64,000 bases of DNA from Bacteroidales bacterium (lineage in GTDB: Bacteria; Bacteroidota; Bacteroidia; Bacteroidales; WCHB1-69). How positions within the stretch are numbered: the stretch's first letter is position 1; every line of letters starts with the position of its first letter. This document shows positions 1 to 9,575 of this stretch, piece by piece. The notes beneath the pieces were generated by a model. That model was not told where the DNA came from. It saw only the letters and a program-made list of their open reading frames with translations, and ran no database searches. Position numbers and translations under genes: made by a program. The stretch is taken from positions 197,385 to 261,384 of the forward strand of contig JAFZIP010000005.1 in NCBI GenBank assembly GCA_017554325.1. Direction: 5' to 3'.

Positions 1-615
1 GGCGTAATCCTCCAATTCGCTTTTGATGGAATACAAGCCCAGACGATGTGCAAAGGGAACGTAGAAATAGGAGGTTTCGGAAGCAATCTTCAGCTGTTTC
101 TCCGGCGGCATTGACTCCAGGGTGCGCATGTTGTGCAGGCGGTCGGCCAACTTGATCAGGATCACCCTGACATCCTTCGACATGGAGAGGAAAATCTTAC
201 GGAAGTTCTCCGCCTGGATGGAACTGCTGCGGTCATCGAGCACCAAATCCTCAATCTTGGTCAGGCCATCGATAATCTCCGCCACCAAATCTCCGAACAT
301 GTCCCGCATATCATCCAACGTGTATTCCGTATCCTCCACCACATCGTGCAAGAGGGCGCACACCACGGAGGTCGTACCCAGATTCATCTCCTGACAACAA
401 ATCATTGCCACAGCAATCGGGTGGTAGATATAGGGTTCCCCACTCTTCCGGCGCACACCATTGTGCGCATTGGTGGCCAGCACGAAAGCTTTGCGTATCA
501 GCTTGCGCTGCTCTTCATTCGTTTTATGATAGAGCACGGTCAACAGCTCGCGGTACTTTCGTACAATCATCTTATTTTCGAGCACCTCATCAGGGACGTA
601 GGATTGGGGGGACAT
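1..615 (-). CDS. RelA/SpoT-family (p)ppGpp synthetase/hydrolase, N-terminal HD-domain part (gene continues past the window start)
   Basis: I translated the minus strand from the ATG at 615: MSPQSYVPDEVLENKMIVRKYRELL...RRKSGEPYIYHPIAVAMI...LLHDVVEDTEYT...LIKLADRLHNMRTL. These are HD-hydrolase motifs typical of RelA/SpoT. The ORF is absent from the ORF track because it is open at the window edge. Confidence 0.85.
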   Translation of the reverse strand, partial: MSPQSYVPDEVLENKMIVRKYRELLTVLYHKTNEEQRKLIRKAFVLATNAHNGVRRKSGEPYIYHPIAVAMICCQEMNLGTTSVVCALLHDVVEDTEYTLDDMRDMFGDLVAEIIDGLTKIEDLVLDDRSSSIQAENFRKIFLSMSKDVRVILIKLADRLHNMRTLESMPPEKQLKIASETSYFYVPFAHRLGLYSIKSELEDYA

Positions 616-620
616 GGCTA

Positions 621-697
621 TAGTTTAGAGTTTAGAGTTTATAGTTTAGAGATAATAGTTAGAAGTGAGTAGAGAGGGGTTGGGGGTTGGGGGAGGA
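621..697. repeat. Degenerate 7-nt periodic tract, about 11 heptads (TAGTTTA GAGTTTA GAGTTTA TAGTTTA GAGATAA ... GGGTTGG GGGTTGG)
   Basis: Read directly from the sequence. It lies in the intergenic region upstream of the relA/spoT start and downstream of the S8 protease stop. Confidence 0.7.
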
Positions 698-712
698 ATT
701 AGAAATTGTTAT

Positions 713-2593
713 TTAGTGTTTGATAATCTTTTTCGATACAATTTGTTGGCCGTCGTTGAGGCGGAGAATATAGCAGCCGGAGGGTAAAGCTTGCATGTCA
801 AGTTGGTTGACTCCCGGCAGCACCCGGTTCTTAGCAATAACCCTGCCAGTCAGGTCGTACAGGGCATAATCAATCTGCATGGCATCGCTATTCACAGTCA
901 CATAGCACTGTCCATCGGTCGGGTTGGGGAATATCGTGTACTGGGAGACAGCCGTTTCTGTGTAATCCTCTACGCTCACGGTGTTCAGAGCTTTGAGCAC
1001 GGCCTGGTATGCGTTGATCTTGCCATAGCCGAAACGGTTCACGCCTGCCTGCTCGGTGAAACGGTCCGTGGTGGCCGTCTCATGGATAATCTCCTTCACC
1101 TGTGCCACTGACAGATATGGATTGGCTTGCAAGATCAGGGCCACCACGCCTGCCACAAACGGGCATGACATGGAGGTACCAGACAGGGAGGCAAACTTAT
1201 AGTCACGGCCATTAAATTCCACAGTAGTGACATAGTTACCGCTATAAGTGCTGGTATAAGATGAGATTGCTGACACCACACTCTTTCCCGGTGCGGAAAT
1301 CTCCGGTTTCAGTTCTTCGCCGAAGCCAGGTCCGGAGCTGGAGAAGTCAGCGATGCTTCCGCCATTGGTATATCCTGCACCGTAGGTGTACATAGCCTGG
1401 TGCGCGGCCACGGTGATGATTTCGTCAATATTGGCCGGCGTGCTGATTCCATACTGGTTATCGCCGGCAATCCAGTCAGGGTGTGCGGATGGTTTCACGA
1501 AAGGAACACCTGTGTTGCCCCAAGCCTTGGTAAGCTCAATCACATTCCAGGCATGGAACTCACCTTCGGCAGCCGTTACGGCCAGACCGAACTTGTAGCG
1601 GGTATCCTTCTTCACGATCAGCCGGGCCGCCGGAGCATGATTGTATTCATTTGTGGCTCTAACCTCATAGCGATAGACCAGCGTATCGTTGTTCACCACG
1701 ATAAACGTGTCCAAGGTGGCATCGCCGTTTGCAGTGAAAACATACGGGGTGGATGCGATGATATTATAGGAGTTGTCCATCACCATCATGGAGAACTGGA
1801 ACGGACTGTTAGCAGAGTTCACCATAGAGATAGAAGAGCCCCAAAGGTTGTTATAAGAGTATGGGGTCTGCATATAGGTGCGCATAGTGTCGCCCTGATG
1901 CTGTGTAAAATCGTATTTAATATGGAAGTCCTCATCGCCGTTGTTGCCGGCGGAGGTCACGAACACCACACCTAAGTCGGTGAGGCGGCGAACCTCGTCG
2001 GCCAACACGCCGCTGCCGTCCATGTTATCCAGTGTATAGACGCCCCAACTCATGCTGATGACAAGGCGTTTGCCTTCTTGTTGGGCCACGTTGTACATCC
2101 AGTTCCAAGCGTCAATCACGGCCTGGTCGGTAATGTCAAAAGTGGCGAACAGGAACTCCGCCTCCGGAGCCACGCCACGATAGTGCGTGCCTGCGCCCGC
2201 GCCACCCGCGATGGAGGCGCAGTGCGTGCCGTGATAGCCATAATCGTACGGGTTGATCGTATCGCAGTGGGCGTTCAGCAGTTCTTCCGCACCCACATAT
2301 TCCGTGCCGTAGTCAAATCCCGCCGGAGCCGGGCCAGATTGCTTGTACTGGTCCCATGCACGCAGCACGCGATAGTGGATCATGTTGGTGTCATAGAACA
2401 CCGGATGCGTGTAGTCGAATCCCCAGTCTGTGATGCCGATAATGACTCCTTCGCCCGTAAAGCCCTGGGGCAGGCCTTCGCCAGCCCACACGCTGTCCAC
2501 GCGTCCGTCCGGAACCGCCTTGTCCAGCCACGCCTGCCCGTAGGAGAGCATCATGGCACATAATATCGCAGTAAGTAGTAATGTCTTCTTCAT
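713..2593 (-). CDS. Secreted subtilisin-like (S8) serine peptidase with a T9SS C-terminal sorting domain
   Basis: 626-aa ORF with an N-terminal signal peptide. Catalytic-triad contexts are GITDWGFD (Asp), HGTHCASIAGG (His) and SGTSMSCPFVAG (Ser). The C-terminal ~75 aa (YTIFPNPTDGQCYV...GCYILRL) match the Por secretion tail pattern. Confidence 0.9.
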   Translation of the reverse strand: MKKTLLLTAILCAMMLSYGQAWLDKAVPDGRVDSVWAGEGLPQGFTGEGVIIGITDWGFDYTHPVFYDTNMIHYRVLRAWDQYKQSGPAPAGFDYGTEYVGAEELLNAHCDTINPYDYGYHGTHCASIAGGAGAGTHYRGVAPEAEFLFATFDITDQAVIDAWNWMYNVAQQEGKRLVISMSWGVYTLDNMDGSGVLADEVRRLTDLGVVFVTSAGNNGDEDFHIKYDFTQHQGDTMRTYMQTPYSYNNLWGSSISMVNSANSPFQFSMMVMDNSYNIIASTPYVFTANGDATLDTFIVVNNDTLVYRYEVRATNEYNHAPAARLIVKKDTRYKFGLAVTAAEGEFHAWNVIELTKAWGNTGVPFVKPSAHPDWIAGDNQYGISTPANIDEIITVAAHQAMYTYGAGYTNGGSIADFSSSGPGFGEELKPEISAPGKSVVSAISSYTSTYSGNYVTTVEFNGRDYKFASLSGTSMSCPFVAGVVALILQANPYLSVAQVKEIIHETATTDRFTEQAGVNRFGYGKINAYQAVLKALNTVSVEDYTETAVSQYTIFPNPTDGQCYVTVNSDAMQIDYALYDLTGRVIAKNRVLPGVNQLDMQALPSGCYILRLNDGQQIVSKKIIKH

Positions 2594-2620
2594 AACCTTT
2601 CGTTTTGATGTATATGCTAT

Positions 2621-3268
2621 TTAATCTTTCACTCTGAAATTCAGCACCTGGAGGAAATCCCGGATGTCGGGGTTCTGTTCTTCCAGATTCTTCATTTTAT
2701 CATCCGAACTGTAGATGATTTTCTTCATCTCCATATTCTCATTCACAATAATCTCCAAATCATCCACATTGGTGGTGAAGTGGTTTCTCCAGTACTCCAG
2801 CACCGCCCGCTTGCGCATCTCGAACTGGTCTTTCTGAAAATCATTCAGCACCTCAGCCTTGATCACGCCATCTTCCAGCGTCGGGACCTTGTCTTTGAGC
2901 GGATGGTAGATCATCGGTGTGTTGGAGAACAGTTCATCGAAAAGCTGTTTCCAGCAGGTCTCGAAAACCTCCGGTTCCTGGGCCGGGGCCTCGGCCGTTT
3001 TCTCCGCGGCGGGTGTTTTTTCAGCGGCAGTCAACTGCTGGCCAGCAGTCTCACCTGTTGCAGCGGGTTGCGGGTCGGGGTTCTGCTCCGGCGTCGCGCT
3101 GGCCGCTTGGGCGCGCGGTGTCTCCAGCACACTCTGAATGGACGGGATCGGCTTTATGGGCGGCGTGCCCGGATACTTGAATGTCTGGTTCGAGATTTGC
3201 GGCTTATCGGAAAATGATACGGCTGCCGTACCCGTTTCCGTGGTGGATGCCGTCCCACCCTCTGGGTT
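2621..3268 (-). CDS. dnaX: dnaX, tau-specific C-terminal segment, in the +1 frame relative to the N-terminal ORF
   Basis: This frame is open from 3316 down to the stop at 2621-2623. It encodes a P/A/E/T-rich linker and then a globular C-terminal region (...FETCWKQLFDELFSNTPMIYHPLKDKV...). The only in-frame start codon is a GTG at 3130, so it is unlikely to be an independent gene. Confidence 0.7.
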   Translation of the reverse strand, partial: NPEGGTASTTETGTAAVSFSDKPQISNQTFKYPGTPPIKPIPSIQSVLETPRAQAASATPEQNPDPQPAATGETAGQQLTAAEKTPAAEKTAEAPAQEPEVFETCWKQLFDELFSNTPMIYHPLKDKVPTLEDGVIKAEVLNDFQKDQFEMRKRAVLEYWRNHFTTNVDDLEIIVNENMEMKKIIYSSDDKMKNLEEQNPDIRDFLQVLNFRVKD

Positions 3269-4394
3269 ATTTACGCTCCTGCGATTGCCTCGCCTTCTTA
3301 TAGACGTAATTGGCGTTTATCTGCAAGAGGCACAACTCCACCGATAGTCGCTTGTTGTTGGACATCTTGTAGTTGAAGTCGCACTGGTTGGCGAGTTCCA
3401 TCGCACGCAACAGCAGCTGTTTGTCCACTTTCTGCGACTGTTGCAGCAGCTGGCCTTTGATATTGTCGGAGGTCTCCAACAGCTGCACGGTGGCCGGGGT
3501 CTTGGCCATCAGCAGGTTGCGGAAGTGAGCGGCCAAGCCTGCGATGAAATGCTGGGCTTCAAAACCTTTGGCCAAAATGTCGTCTAACAACAGCAAGGCT
3601 GGCGACGGATCATCGTTGAACAGGAAATCCGTGATCTTGAAGTAGTTGTCCACATCCAGGACGTTGAGATTCTCGATAGTGGCCTTGTAGGTAATCTGCT
3701 TGCCGGTGAAGCTCACCAACTGGTCGAAGATGGAGAGTGCGTCGCGCAGAGCTCCGTCGGCCTTCTCAGCCACCACGTGCAGGGCCTCTTCCTCGGCGGA
3801 AACGCCCTCCTGCTGGGCCACATACTGCAAGTGGCGAACGATGTCCTTCTCGTTGATACGCTTGAAGTCATACACCTGGCAGCGGGAAAGGATGGTAGGG
3901 ATAATCTTATGTTTCTCGGTGGTTGCCATGATGAACTTGGCATACGCGGGCGGTTCCTCCAGCGTCTTCAGGAAGGCGTTGAAAGCGGCACCCGACAGCA
4001 TGTGGACCTCATCGATGATATAGACCTTGTACTTGGCCCCTTGCGGCGGGATGTGCACCTGTTCCACCAGCGAGCGGATATCCTCCACGGAATTGTTGGA
4101 GGCCGCGTCCAGCTCGAACACATTGAACGAGGCCGAGTTGTTGAACGACTGGCACGAGTCGCACTCGTTGCAGGGCTCACAATCCTCTGTCAGCTGCCGG
4201 CAGTTGAGGGCCTTGGCGAAGATACGCGCACAGGTGGTCTTGCCCACCCCTCGCGGCCCGCAGAAGAGGAAAGCCTGCGCCACCTGGCCGGTTTTGATGG
4301 CATTCTTCAACGTGGCGGTGATAGACTCCTGCCCCACCACAGAATTGAAAGTGGTAGGCCTGTATTTTCGGGCGGAAACGATAAAATTATCCAT
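3267..4394 (-). CDS. dnaX: DNA polymerase III subunit gamma/tau, N-terminal clamp-loader domains I-III (375 aa to the TAA)
   Basis: MDNFIVSARKYRP..., Walker A GPRGVGKTTCARIFAKALNC, a Zn module CxxCxxCxxC, Walker B IIDEVHMLS and the sensor SRCQ. I moved the start to the ATG at 4394; the track start at 4430 adds 12 unlikely residues. Confidence 0.9.
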   Translation of the reverse strand: MDNFIVSARKYRPTTFNSVVGQESITATLKNAIKTGQVAQAFLFCGPRGVGKTTCARIFAKALNCRQLTEDCEPCNECDSCQSFNNSASFNVFELDAASNNSVEDIRSLVEQVHIPPQGAKYKVYIIDEVHMLSGAAFNAFLKTLEEPPAYAKFIMATTEKHKIIPTILSRCQVYDFKRINEKDIVRHLQYVAQQEGVSAEEEALHVVAEKADGALRDALSIFDQLVSFTGKQITYKATIENLNVLDVDNYFKITDFLFNDDPSPALLLLDDILAKGFEAQHFIAGLAAHFRNLLMAKTPATVQLLETSDNIKGQLLQQSQKVDKQLLLRAMELANQCDFNYKMSNNKRLSVELCLLQINANYVYKKARQSQERK

Positions 4395-4499
4395 ATTGCA
4401 ACCTTTATAAAACGAGCCGCAAATATACAAAAAAAGGGTTCCTCTTCCAAAAGAACGGAGGTATAAAATTTTTTATATTTTTGCACGTTTTGATATACT

Positions 4500-5423
4500 A
4501 TGGTTAAGAAGAGTTTCAAGTTATTGATTATAATACTGTTAACTGCTTCTGCGGGGGTCTATGCCGCAGACTTTCCTGCGTGTGTTTCGGTATGTTCCAT
4601 CCAAAACACGCAGCCAGGAGACACTGTTCCCGGCAAACAGGCGAAGCCAAAGAAGTCCAAGACCTCCTTCGCGGGCAAGAAGGTGACGTTCGAGAACTTC
4701 GACCAGCAGTACGAGCGCGCCATGCGTTACTACAACAACCAGCAATACCTGTCTGCCGCAGGCCTGTTCGAGGACCTGTATCCGCTCTCCTTGGGCACTC
4801 CCCGCGCCGACACCATCCTCTTCCTGTTCGCCCACTCCTACTACATGAACGGGGACTACGAGATGGCCGCCTTCCATTTCCGCGACTACGTGCGCCGCTA
4901 CCCCAACACGGAGCGCACCGAGGATGCCTTCTACTACGGCACCTCCGCCATCTACAAGACCAGTCCGGACTATTCGCTGGACCAGAGCAACACCGAGTAC
5001 GCCATCGAGCAGATCAAGGCCTTCATTGACGCATACCCCAACAACTCCCACATCGAGGAGTGCAACACCATGCTGGACGCCCTGCGCCTGAAACTGGCCC
5101 GCAAGGATCTGGAGATGCTGATTCTATACTACAACACCGACCACTACGAGGCCTGCCAGATTGCGGCCAAGAACTTCTTCAATGAATATGCATACTCCCC
5201 TTTGATGCCGGAAGCCATCTACTATCTGGTGCTCAACAACTACGAATATGCACGGAAGAGTGTGGAGCGCAAGAAAGAGGAACGCTACAAAGCCTGCCTA
5301 GATGCTTGCAACCGGCTGCTTCTCAACTATGAGGAGACCAAGTACACCAAGGAAGTGGATAGAATATCCAAAGAGGTACAGAAACAATTATCGAAATACA
5401 ATAAAAATTCACAAAATAATTAA
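4500..5423 (+). CDS. bamD: Outer membrane protein assembly factor BamD (TPR lipoprotein)
   Basis: Signal peptide plus a TPR-like region (YERAMRYYNNQQYLSAAGLFEDL..., FRDYVRRYPNTERTEDAFYY...). The bamD-rpoZ-coaBC-recN neighbourhood is typical of Bacteroidales. Confidence 0.8.
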   Translation: MVKKSFKLLIIILLTASAGVYAADFPACVSVCSIQNTQPGDTVPGKQAKPKKSKTSFAGKKVTFENFDQQYERAMRYYNNQQYLSAAGLFEDLYPLSLGTPRADTILFLFAHSYYMNGDYEMAAFHFRDYVRRYPNTERTEDAFYYGTSAIYKTSPDYSLDQSNTEYAIEQIKAFIDAYPNNSHIEECNTMLDALRLKLARKDLEMLILYYNTDHYEACQIAAKNFFNEYAYSPLMPEAIYYLVLNNYEYARKSVERKKEERYKACLDACNRLLLNYEETKYTKEVDRISKEVQKQLSKYNKNSQNN

Positions 5424-5429
5424 CAGATA

Positions 5430-5762
5430 ATGAAAGCTGCAGATTACAAGAAACTGAAAATCGACCTTTTTGCCAAAACGAAAGACATCAGACAATACGA
5501 CAAGGAGACCGACAACTTCTACAAGAGCATTGTGATCATGTCCAAGCGGGCAGACCAGATTGCCGCCGACCTGAAACAGGAGTTCCAGGAGACTTCCCTT
5601 CAATACGCCTCCAATTCCGACACCTTGGAAGAGGTTTTTGAGAACCGCGAGCAGATTGAATTGTCCAAATTCTACGAGCAGCTCCCGAAGCCGACCCAGC
5701 TGGCCTTGTATGAATTCGAGAACGACCAGGTTTATTTCAAGGATCCCGAAGCCAACGAGTAA
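5430..5762 (+). CDS. rpoZ: RNA polymerase omega-like (Rpb6-type) small subunit
   Basis: 110-aa acidic protein in the conserved position between bamD and coaBC. The call rests on size and synteny more than on motifs. Confidence 0.55.
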   Translation: MKAADYKKLKIDLFAKTKDIRQYDKETDNFYKSIVIMSKRADQIAADLKQEFQETSLQYASNSDTLEEVFENREQIELSKFYEQLPKPTQLALYEFENDQVYFKDPEANE

Positions 5763-5768
5763 AAAGCC

Positions 5769-6965
5769 ATGTCCGCGAAGCACATCGTTATCGGTATCAC
5801 CGGAGGCATTGCCGCCTACAAGTCGCTGACCCTGATCCGGCTGTTCAAGAGCAACGGCTACGAGGTCAAGGTGGCGGCCACGCAGCACGCCCTGGAGTTC
5901 GTGACCCCGCTCACCATCGAGACGCTGTCGCAAAACAAGCTGTATGCGGACATGTTCGCTGCAAGCGTAACCCGTGACGTGGAGCACATCAGTCTTGCCG
6001 ACTGGGCAGACTGCATGGTGGTAGCGCCTGCCACGGCCAACATCATCGGCAAGTTCGCGCACGGCATCGCCGACGACGCGCTTTCCACCCTGCTGCTGGC
6101 CACCCGCAAGCCCATCTTCATAGCACCTGCCATGAACGACAAGATGTTTGAGGAACCCACCGTGCAGCACAATATCGACCTGCTACGCCAGAAAGGTTGT
6201 CACATCATCGACCCGCAGAGCGGCTTTCTGGCCTGCGGAAGCACCGGCACCGGCCGGATGGAGGAACCCGAGAAAATCTTCACCATAGTACATCAAACCC
6301 TATCGGTTCCCCAGCGTCTTGCCGGCAAGAAAGTGATGATTACCGCAGGGCCCACCTACGAGCCCATCGATCCCGTGCGTTTCATCGGCAACCACTCCTC
6401 CGGTCTCATGGGCTTCTGTCTGGCCGAGGCCGCAGCCGAGGAGGGAGCAGAGGTCACGCTCGTCACCGGTCCCACGCATCTGACATGCAGCCATCCTGGC
6501 ATCCGCCGGGTGGACGTAATGACAGCCGGAGAGATGTTCGAGCAGTGCATGGCCATCGCCGAGCAGCAGGACATCATGATCATGGCGGCTGCAGTGGCGG
6601 ACTTCACGCCCGCACAGGCTGCCCCGGAGAAGATCAAAAAAGAGCACGACTCCCTTGACCTGCACTTGGTGAAGACCCGAGACATTCTGGCTACCATCGG
6701 CAAGCAGAAACGCAACGACCAATTGCTCATCGGCTTCGCTTTGGAAACAGAACATGAGGTGGAGAACGCCACCAAGAAACTGCATACTAAAAACGCGGAT
6801 GTCATCGTTCTTAACTCACTGCGTGACAAAGGCGCGGGCTTCGGCACCAGCACCAACAAGGTGCTCATGCTCACCCGAGACGGCCAGACGCACGAAAGCG
6901 AACTGAAAGACAAACATGCCATCGCCAAGGACATCTTGGACGTGGCCTGCTCCATCATCAAATAA
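5769..6965 (+). CDS. coaBC: Bifunctional phosphopantothenoylcysteine decarboxylase / phosphopantothenate-cysteine ligase
   Basis: N-terminal flavoprotein domain (IVIGITGGIAAYKS, PAMNDKM) followed by a C-terminal ligase domain (ITAGPTYEPIDPVRFIGNHSSG). Confidence 0.92.
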   Translation: MSAKHIVIGITGGIAAYKSLTLIRLFKSNGYEVKVAATQHALEFVTPLTIETLSQNKLYADMFAASVTRDVEHISLADWADCMVVAPATANIIGKFAHGIADDALSTLLLATRKPIFIAPAMNDKMFEEPTVQHNIDLLRQKGCHIIDPQSGFLACGSTGTGRMEEPEKIFTIVHQTLSVPQRLAGKKVMITAGPTYEPIDPVRFIGNHSSGLMGFCLAEAAAEEGAEVTLVTGPTHLTCSHPGIRRVDVMTAGEMFEQCMAIAEQQDIMIMAAAVADFTPAQAAPEKIKKEHDSLDLHLVKTRDILATIGKQKRNDQLLIGFALETEHEVENATKKLHTKNADVIVLNSLRDKGAGFGTSTNKVLMLTRDGQTHESELKDKHAIAKDILDVACSIIK

Positions 6966-6980
6966 AAAACCGAAACAACA

Positions 6981-7886
6981 ATGAAAAGACTCTGTCTGCT
7001 GCTCCTCCTTGCCCTGTTCTGCGGATGCCTGTTCGCACAAGACTTCCAATGTCAGGTGTCGGTGAACGCAAACCAGGTGACCGGCGGCGTCAACCAGCAA
7101 AGATACAACGACCTGCAACAAAAGATTTACCAGTTCATCAACGACCGCAAGTGGTGCCAGTACAACCTGAGAACCAACGAGCGTATCGAGTGTTCCCTCA
7201 ACATAAGCCTCTCGGAAGTGAGCGGTGATGTCTATAAGGGAAGCATGGCCATCTTGCTGCAGCGTCCGGTTTACAAAGCAAGCTACAAAACCACTTTGTT
7301 GAATTTCCAAGACAAGAACATCCAATTCACCTACGCGGAAGGCGACCCGCTGGAGTATGCCGACAACGTGAACCTCAACCAGTTCACCGCGCTCATCGCC
7401 TACTACCTCAACCTGTTTTTAGCGGTTGAGTTCGACAGTTTCTCCTTGTACGGCGGGGATCCATACTACGCGAAATGCCAAAGCATTGTCAACCTGAACA
7501 CCAGTGCCAAAGAGAAGGGCTGGTCGGTGGCTGACAATGGACAAAGCAACCGATACTGGATTATTGAGAACCTCACCAACGGCACCTACAGCAAGCTGCA
7601 CGATTTCTTTTACCAGTACCACAGACTGGGACTGGATGTGATGAACGAGACTCCTGATGCCGGCCGTGCCGTCATATTGGAAAGCCTACGTCTGCTCCAG
7701 CAGGTAAATTCACAGAAATCAGGTTTGGCACTGGTCAAGATCATCGTGGCGGCCAAGAGCGACGAAATCGTCAACATCTTCAAGGAGGGTATGCCCAGCG
7801 AGAAGACACAGGTCATCAACATCATGAAGCAGCTTGACCCTACCAATTCCTCCAAATACGACGCCATCAACACCGCCAGCAAATAG
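6981..7886 (+). CDS. DUF4835-like secreted protein (conserved partner upstream of recN in Bacteroidales)
   Basis: 301 aa with a signal peptide. The family assignment comes from remembered synteny and sequence flavour only. Confidence 0.5.
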   Translation: MKRLCLLLLLALFCGCLFAQDFQCQVSVNANQVTGGVNQQRYNDLQQKIYQFINDRKWCQYNLRTNERIECSLNISLSEVSGDVYKGSMAILLQRPVYKASYKTTLLNFQDKNIQFTYAEGDPLEYADNVNLNQFTALIAYYLNLFLAVEFDSFSLYGGDPYYAKCQSIVNLNTSAKEKGWSVADNGQSNRYWIIENLTNGTYSKLHDFFYQYHRLGLDVMNETPDAGRAVILESLRLLQQVNSQKSGLALVKIIVAAKSDEIVNIFKEGMPSEKTQVINIMKQLDPTNSSKYDAINTASK

Positions 7887-7888
7887 TC

Positions 7889-9565
7889 ATGTTACAAGCC
7901 CTGCAGATTGAGAACTATGCGCTGATTCGCTCGCTCGACATTACGTTCGACAAGGGTTTCACAGTCATCACGGGCGAAACCGGCGCTGGAAAGTCTATCC
8001 TGATGGGTGCGCTGTCGCTCATCTTAGGCAACCGCGCCGACACGGACGTGCTGTATGACAAGTCGCGCAAATGCATAGTGGAGGGTTCTTTTCTGATTGA
8101 CGATTATCATTTCCAGTCTTTTTTCGAGGAAAACGACTTGGATTATCAGGCCGTGACCACGCTCCGGCGCGAGATCAACGAGCGGGGCAAGTCCAGGGCT
8201 TTCATCAACGACACTCCCGTCAACCTCGCCACACTCAAGACTCTCGCCTCAAGACTCATCGACATACACTCGCAACACCAAAGCCTGCTAATTCAGAACG
8301 CGGGCTTCCGCTTGGACATCGTTGACCAATACGCACAGAACCAGGAGTTGCGCAACCAGTACCGCGACACCCTGTCGGCCTGGAGAAAAGCCGAAAAGGA
8401 GTACGAGGAGCTGAAAAGACAATGTGCCGAAGCCGCTTTGCAACAGGAGTTCAACAATTTCACCATACAGGAAATTGATAACGCCCAGCTCCAACCTGAC
8501 GAGCAGGCCGAACTGGAGAAAAACATCCACCTGCTCACCCATGCGGAGAATATCAAATCGCATCTCTACCAGGCCGCGCAACAGCTCTCCGAGCGTGATG
8601 CGGAGACCATCGTGCAACAGTTGCAATCCGTGCAGCATGAATGCGCCGCTTTGAAGGACATCAGCGACGAATACCAAGAGATTTATAACCGGCTGGACGC
8701 TGCTCTTGTTGAAATAAAAGACATTGCCTACGACATCGTCTGCAAGGAGCAGGCCGTGGAATTGAATCCCAACGAATTAGACCGTTTGAACGAGCGATTG
8801 GATCTGATTTTCAGTCTGCAGCACAAATACCAGACCGACACTATCGAGGAGCTGTTGCAACTCAAGGAAAGACTATTGCAGGAGACGAACCAGTATGCAG
8901 ACCATCGCGAGCAGTTGGCCGCATTGGACAAGCAGCGGGACGAGTTGCACGCGCAGGCCCAGCAGCTGGCCGAGAAGCTCACGCAATCGCGACGGGAGAT
9001 TATTGAGCCGTTGCAGCAGGAGATGGAGGCGAGATTGTACCAGCTTGCACTGCCGGACAGCCGTTTCCTGATCCGACTGACTGGCGACGGAGCACTGCAC
9101 GAGTACGGCCAGGAGTCGGCCGACTTCCTATTCTCCGCCAACAAAGGCGTGGAGCCTGCAGACATCAGCAAGGTCGCCTCCGGCGGCGAGACCTCCCGCG
9201 TAATGCTGGCGCTGAAGTCTGTCATCACCGATTCCGTGCTGCTCCCGACTGTCATCTTCGATGAAATAGACACGGGCATCTCAGGTGAAACCGCCAATCG
9301 CGTGGCCTCCGTCATGCGCGCCTTTTCAGATCGGCACCAGGTGATTGCCATCACCCATCTGCCTCAGATTGCCGCCAACGGCAACCGCCACTATGTTGTA
9401 TTCAAGGAAAACCGCGACGGTCATGCCGTAACTGACCTGCGCGAGATGCACGGTGAGGAGCGGATCAAAGCCATCGCCACACTCATTTGCGGCAGCCAGC
9501 TGACAGAAGCCGCCCTGAACACAGCTCGCGAACTGACCAAGGACAGAAATCAAACCATCTCCTAA
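7889..9565 (+). CDS. recN: DNA repair protein RecN
   Basis: N-terminal Walker A (ITGETGAGKSILMGAL), a long coiled-coil middle, and a C-terminal SMC signature and Walker B (ASGGETSRVMLALK, VIFDEIDTGISG). Confidence 0.93.
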   Translation: MLQALQIENYALIRSLDITFDKGFTVITGETGAGKSILMGALSLILGNRADTDVLYDKSRKCIVEGSFLIDDYHFQSFFEENDLDYQAVTTLRREINERGKSRAFINDTPVNLATLKTLASRLIDIHSQHQSLLIQNAGFRLDIVDQYAQNQELRNQYRDTLSAWRKAEKEYEELKRQCAEAALQQEFNNFTIQEIDNAQLQPDEQAELEKNIHLLTHAENIKSHLYQAAQQLSERDAETIVQQLQSVQHECAALKDISDEYQEIYNRLDAALVEIKDIAYDIVCKEQAVELNPNELDRLNERLDLIFSLQHKYQTDTIEELLQLKERLLQETNQYADHREQLAALDKQRDELHAQAQQLAEKLTQSRREIIEPLQQEMEARLYQLALPDSRFLIRLTGDGALHEYGQESADFLFSANKGVEPADISKVASGGETSRVMLALKSVITDSVLLPTVIFDEIDTGISGETANRVASVMRAFSDRHQVIAITHLPQIAANGNRHYVVFKENRDGHAVTDLREMHGEERIKAIATLICGSQLTEAALNTARELTKDRNQTIS

Positions 9566-9575
9566 ATCATCCATT

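Noticed and set aside
133-672. 179-aa plus-strand ORF at the window start.
   Set aside because: The opposite strand encodes an unmistakable RelA/SpoT HD domain starting at 615.
2621-3130. 169-aa ORF treated as an independent gene downstream of dnaX.
   Set aside because: Its 'start' is a GTG and the frame stays open 186 nt further upstream into dnaX. It has no promoter box, and the sequence looks like the DnaX tau C-terminus. I interpret it as the +1-frame continuation of dnaX.
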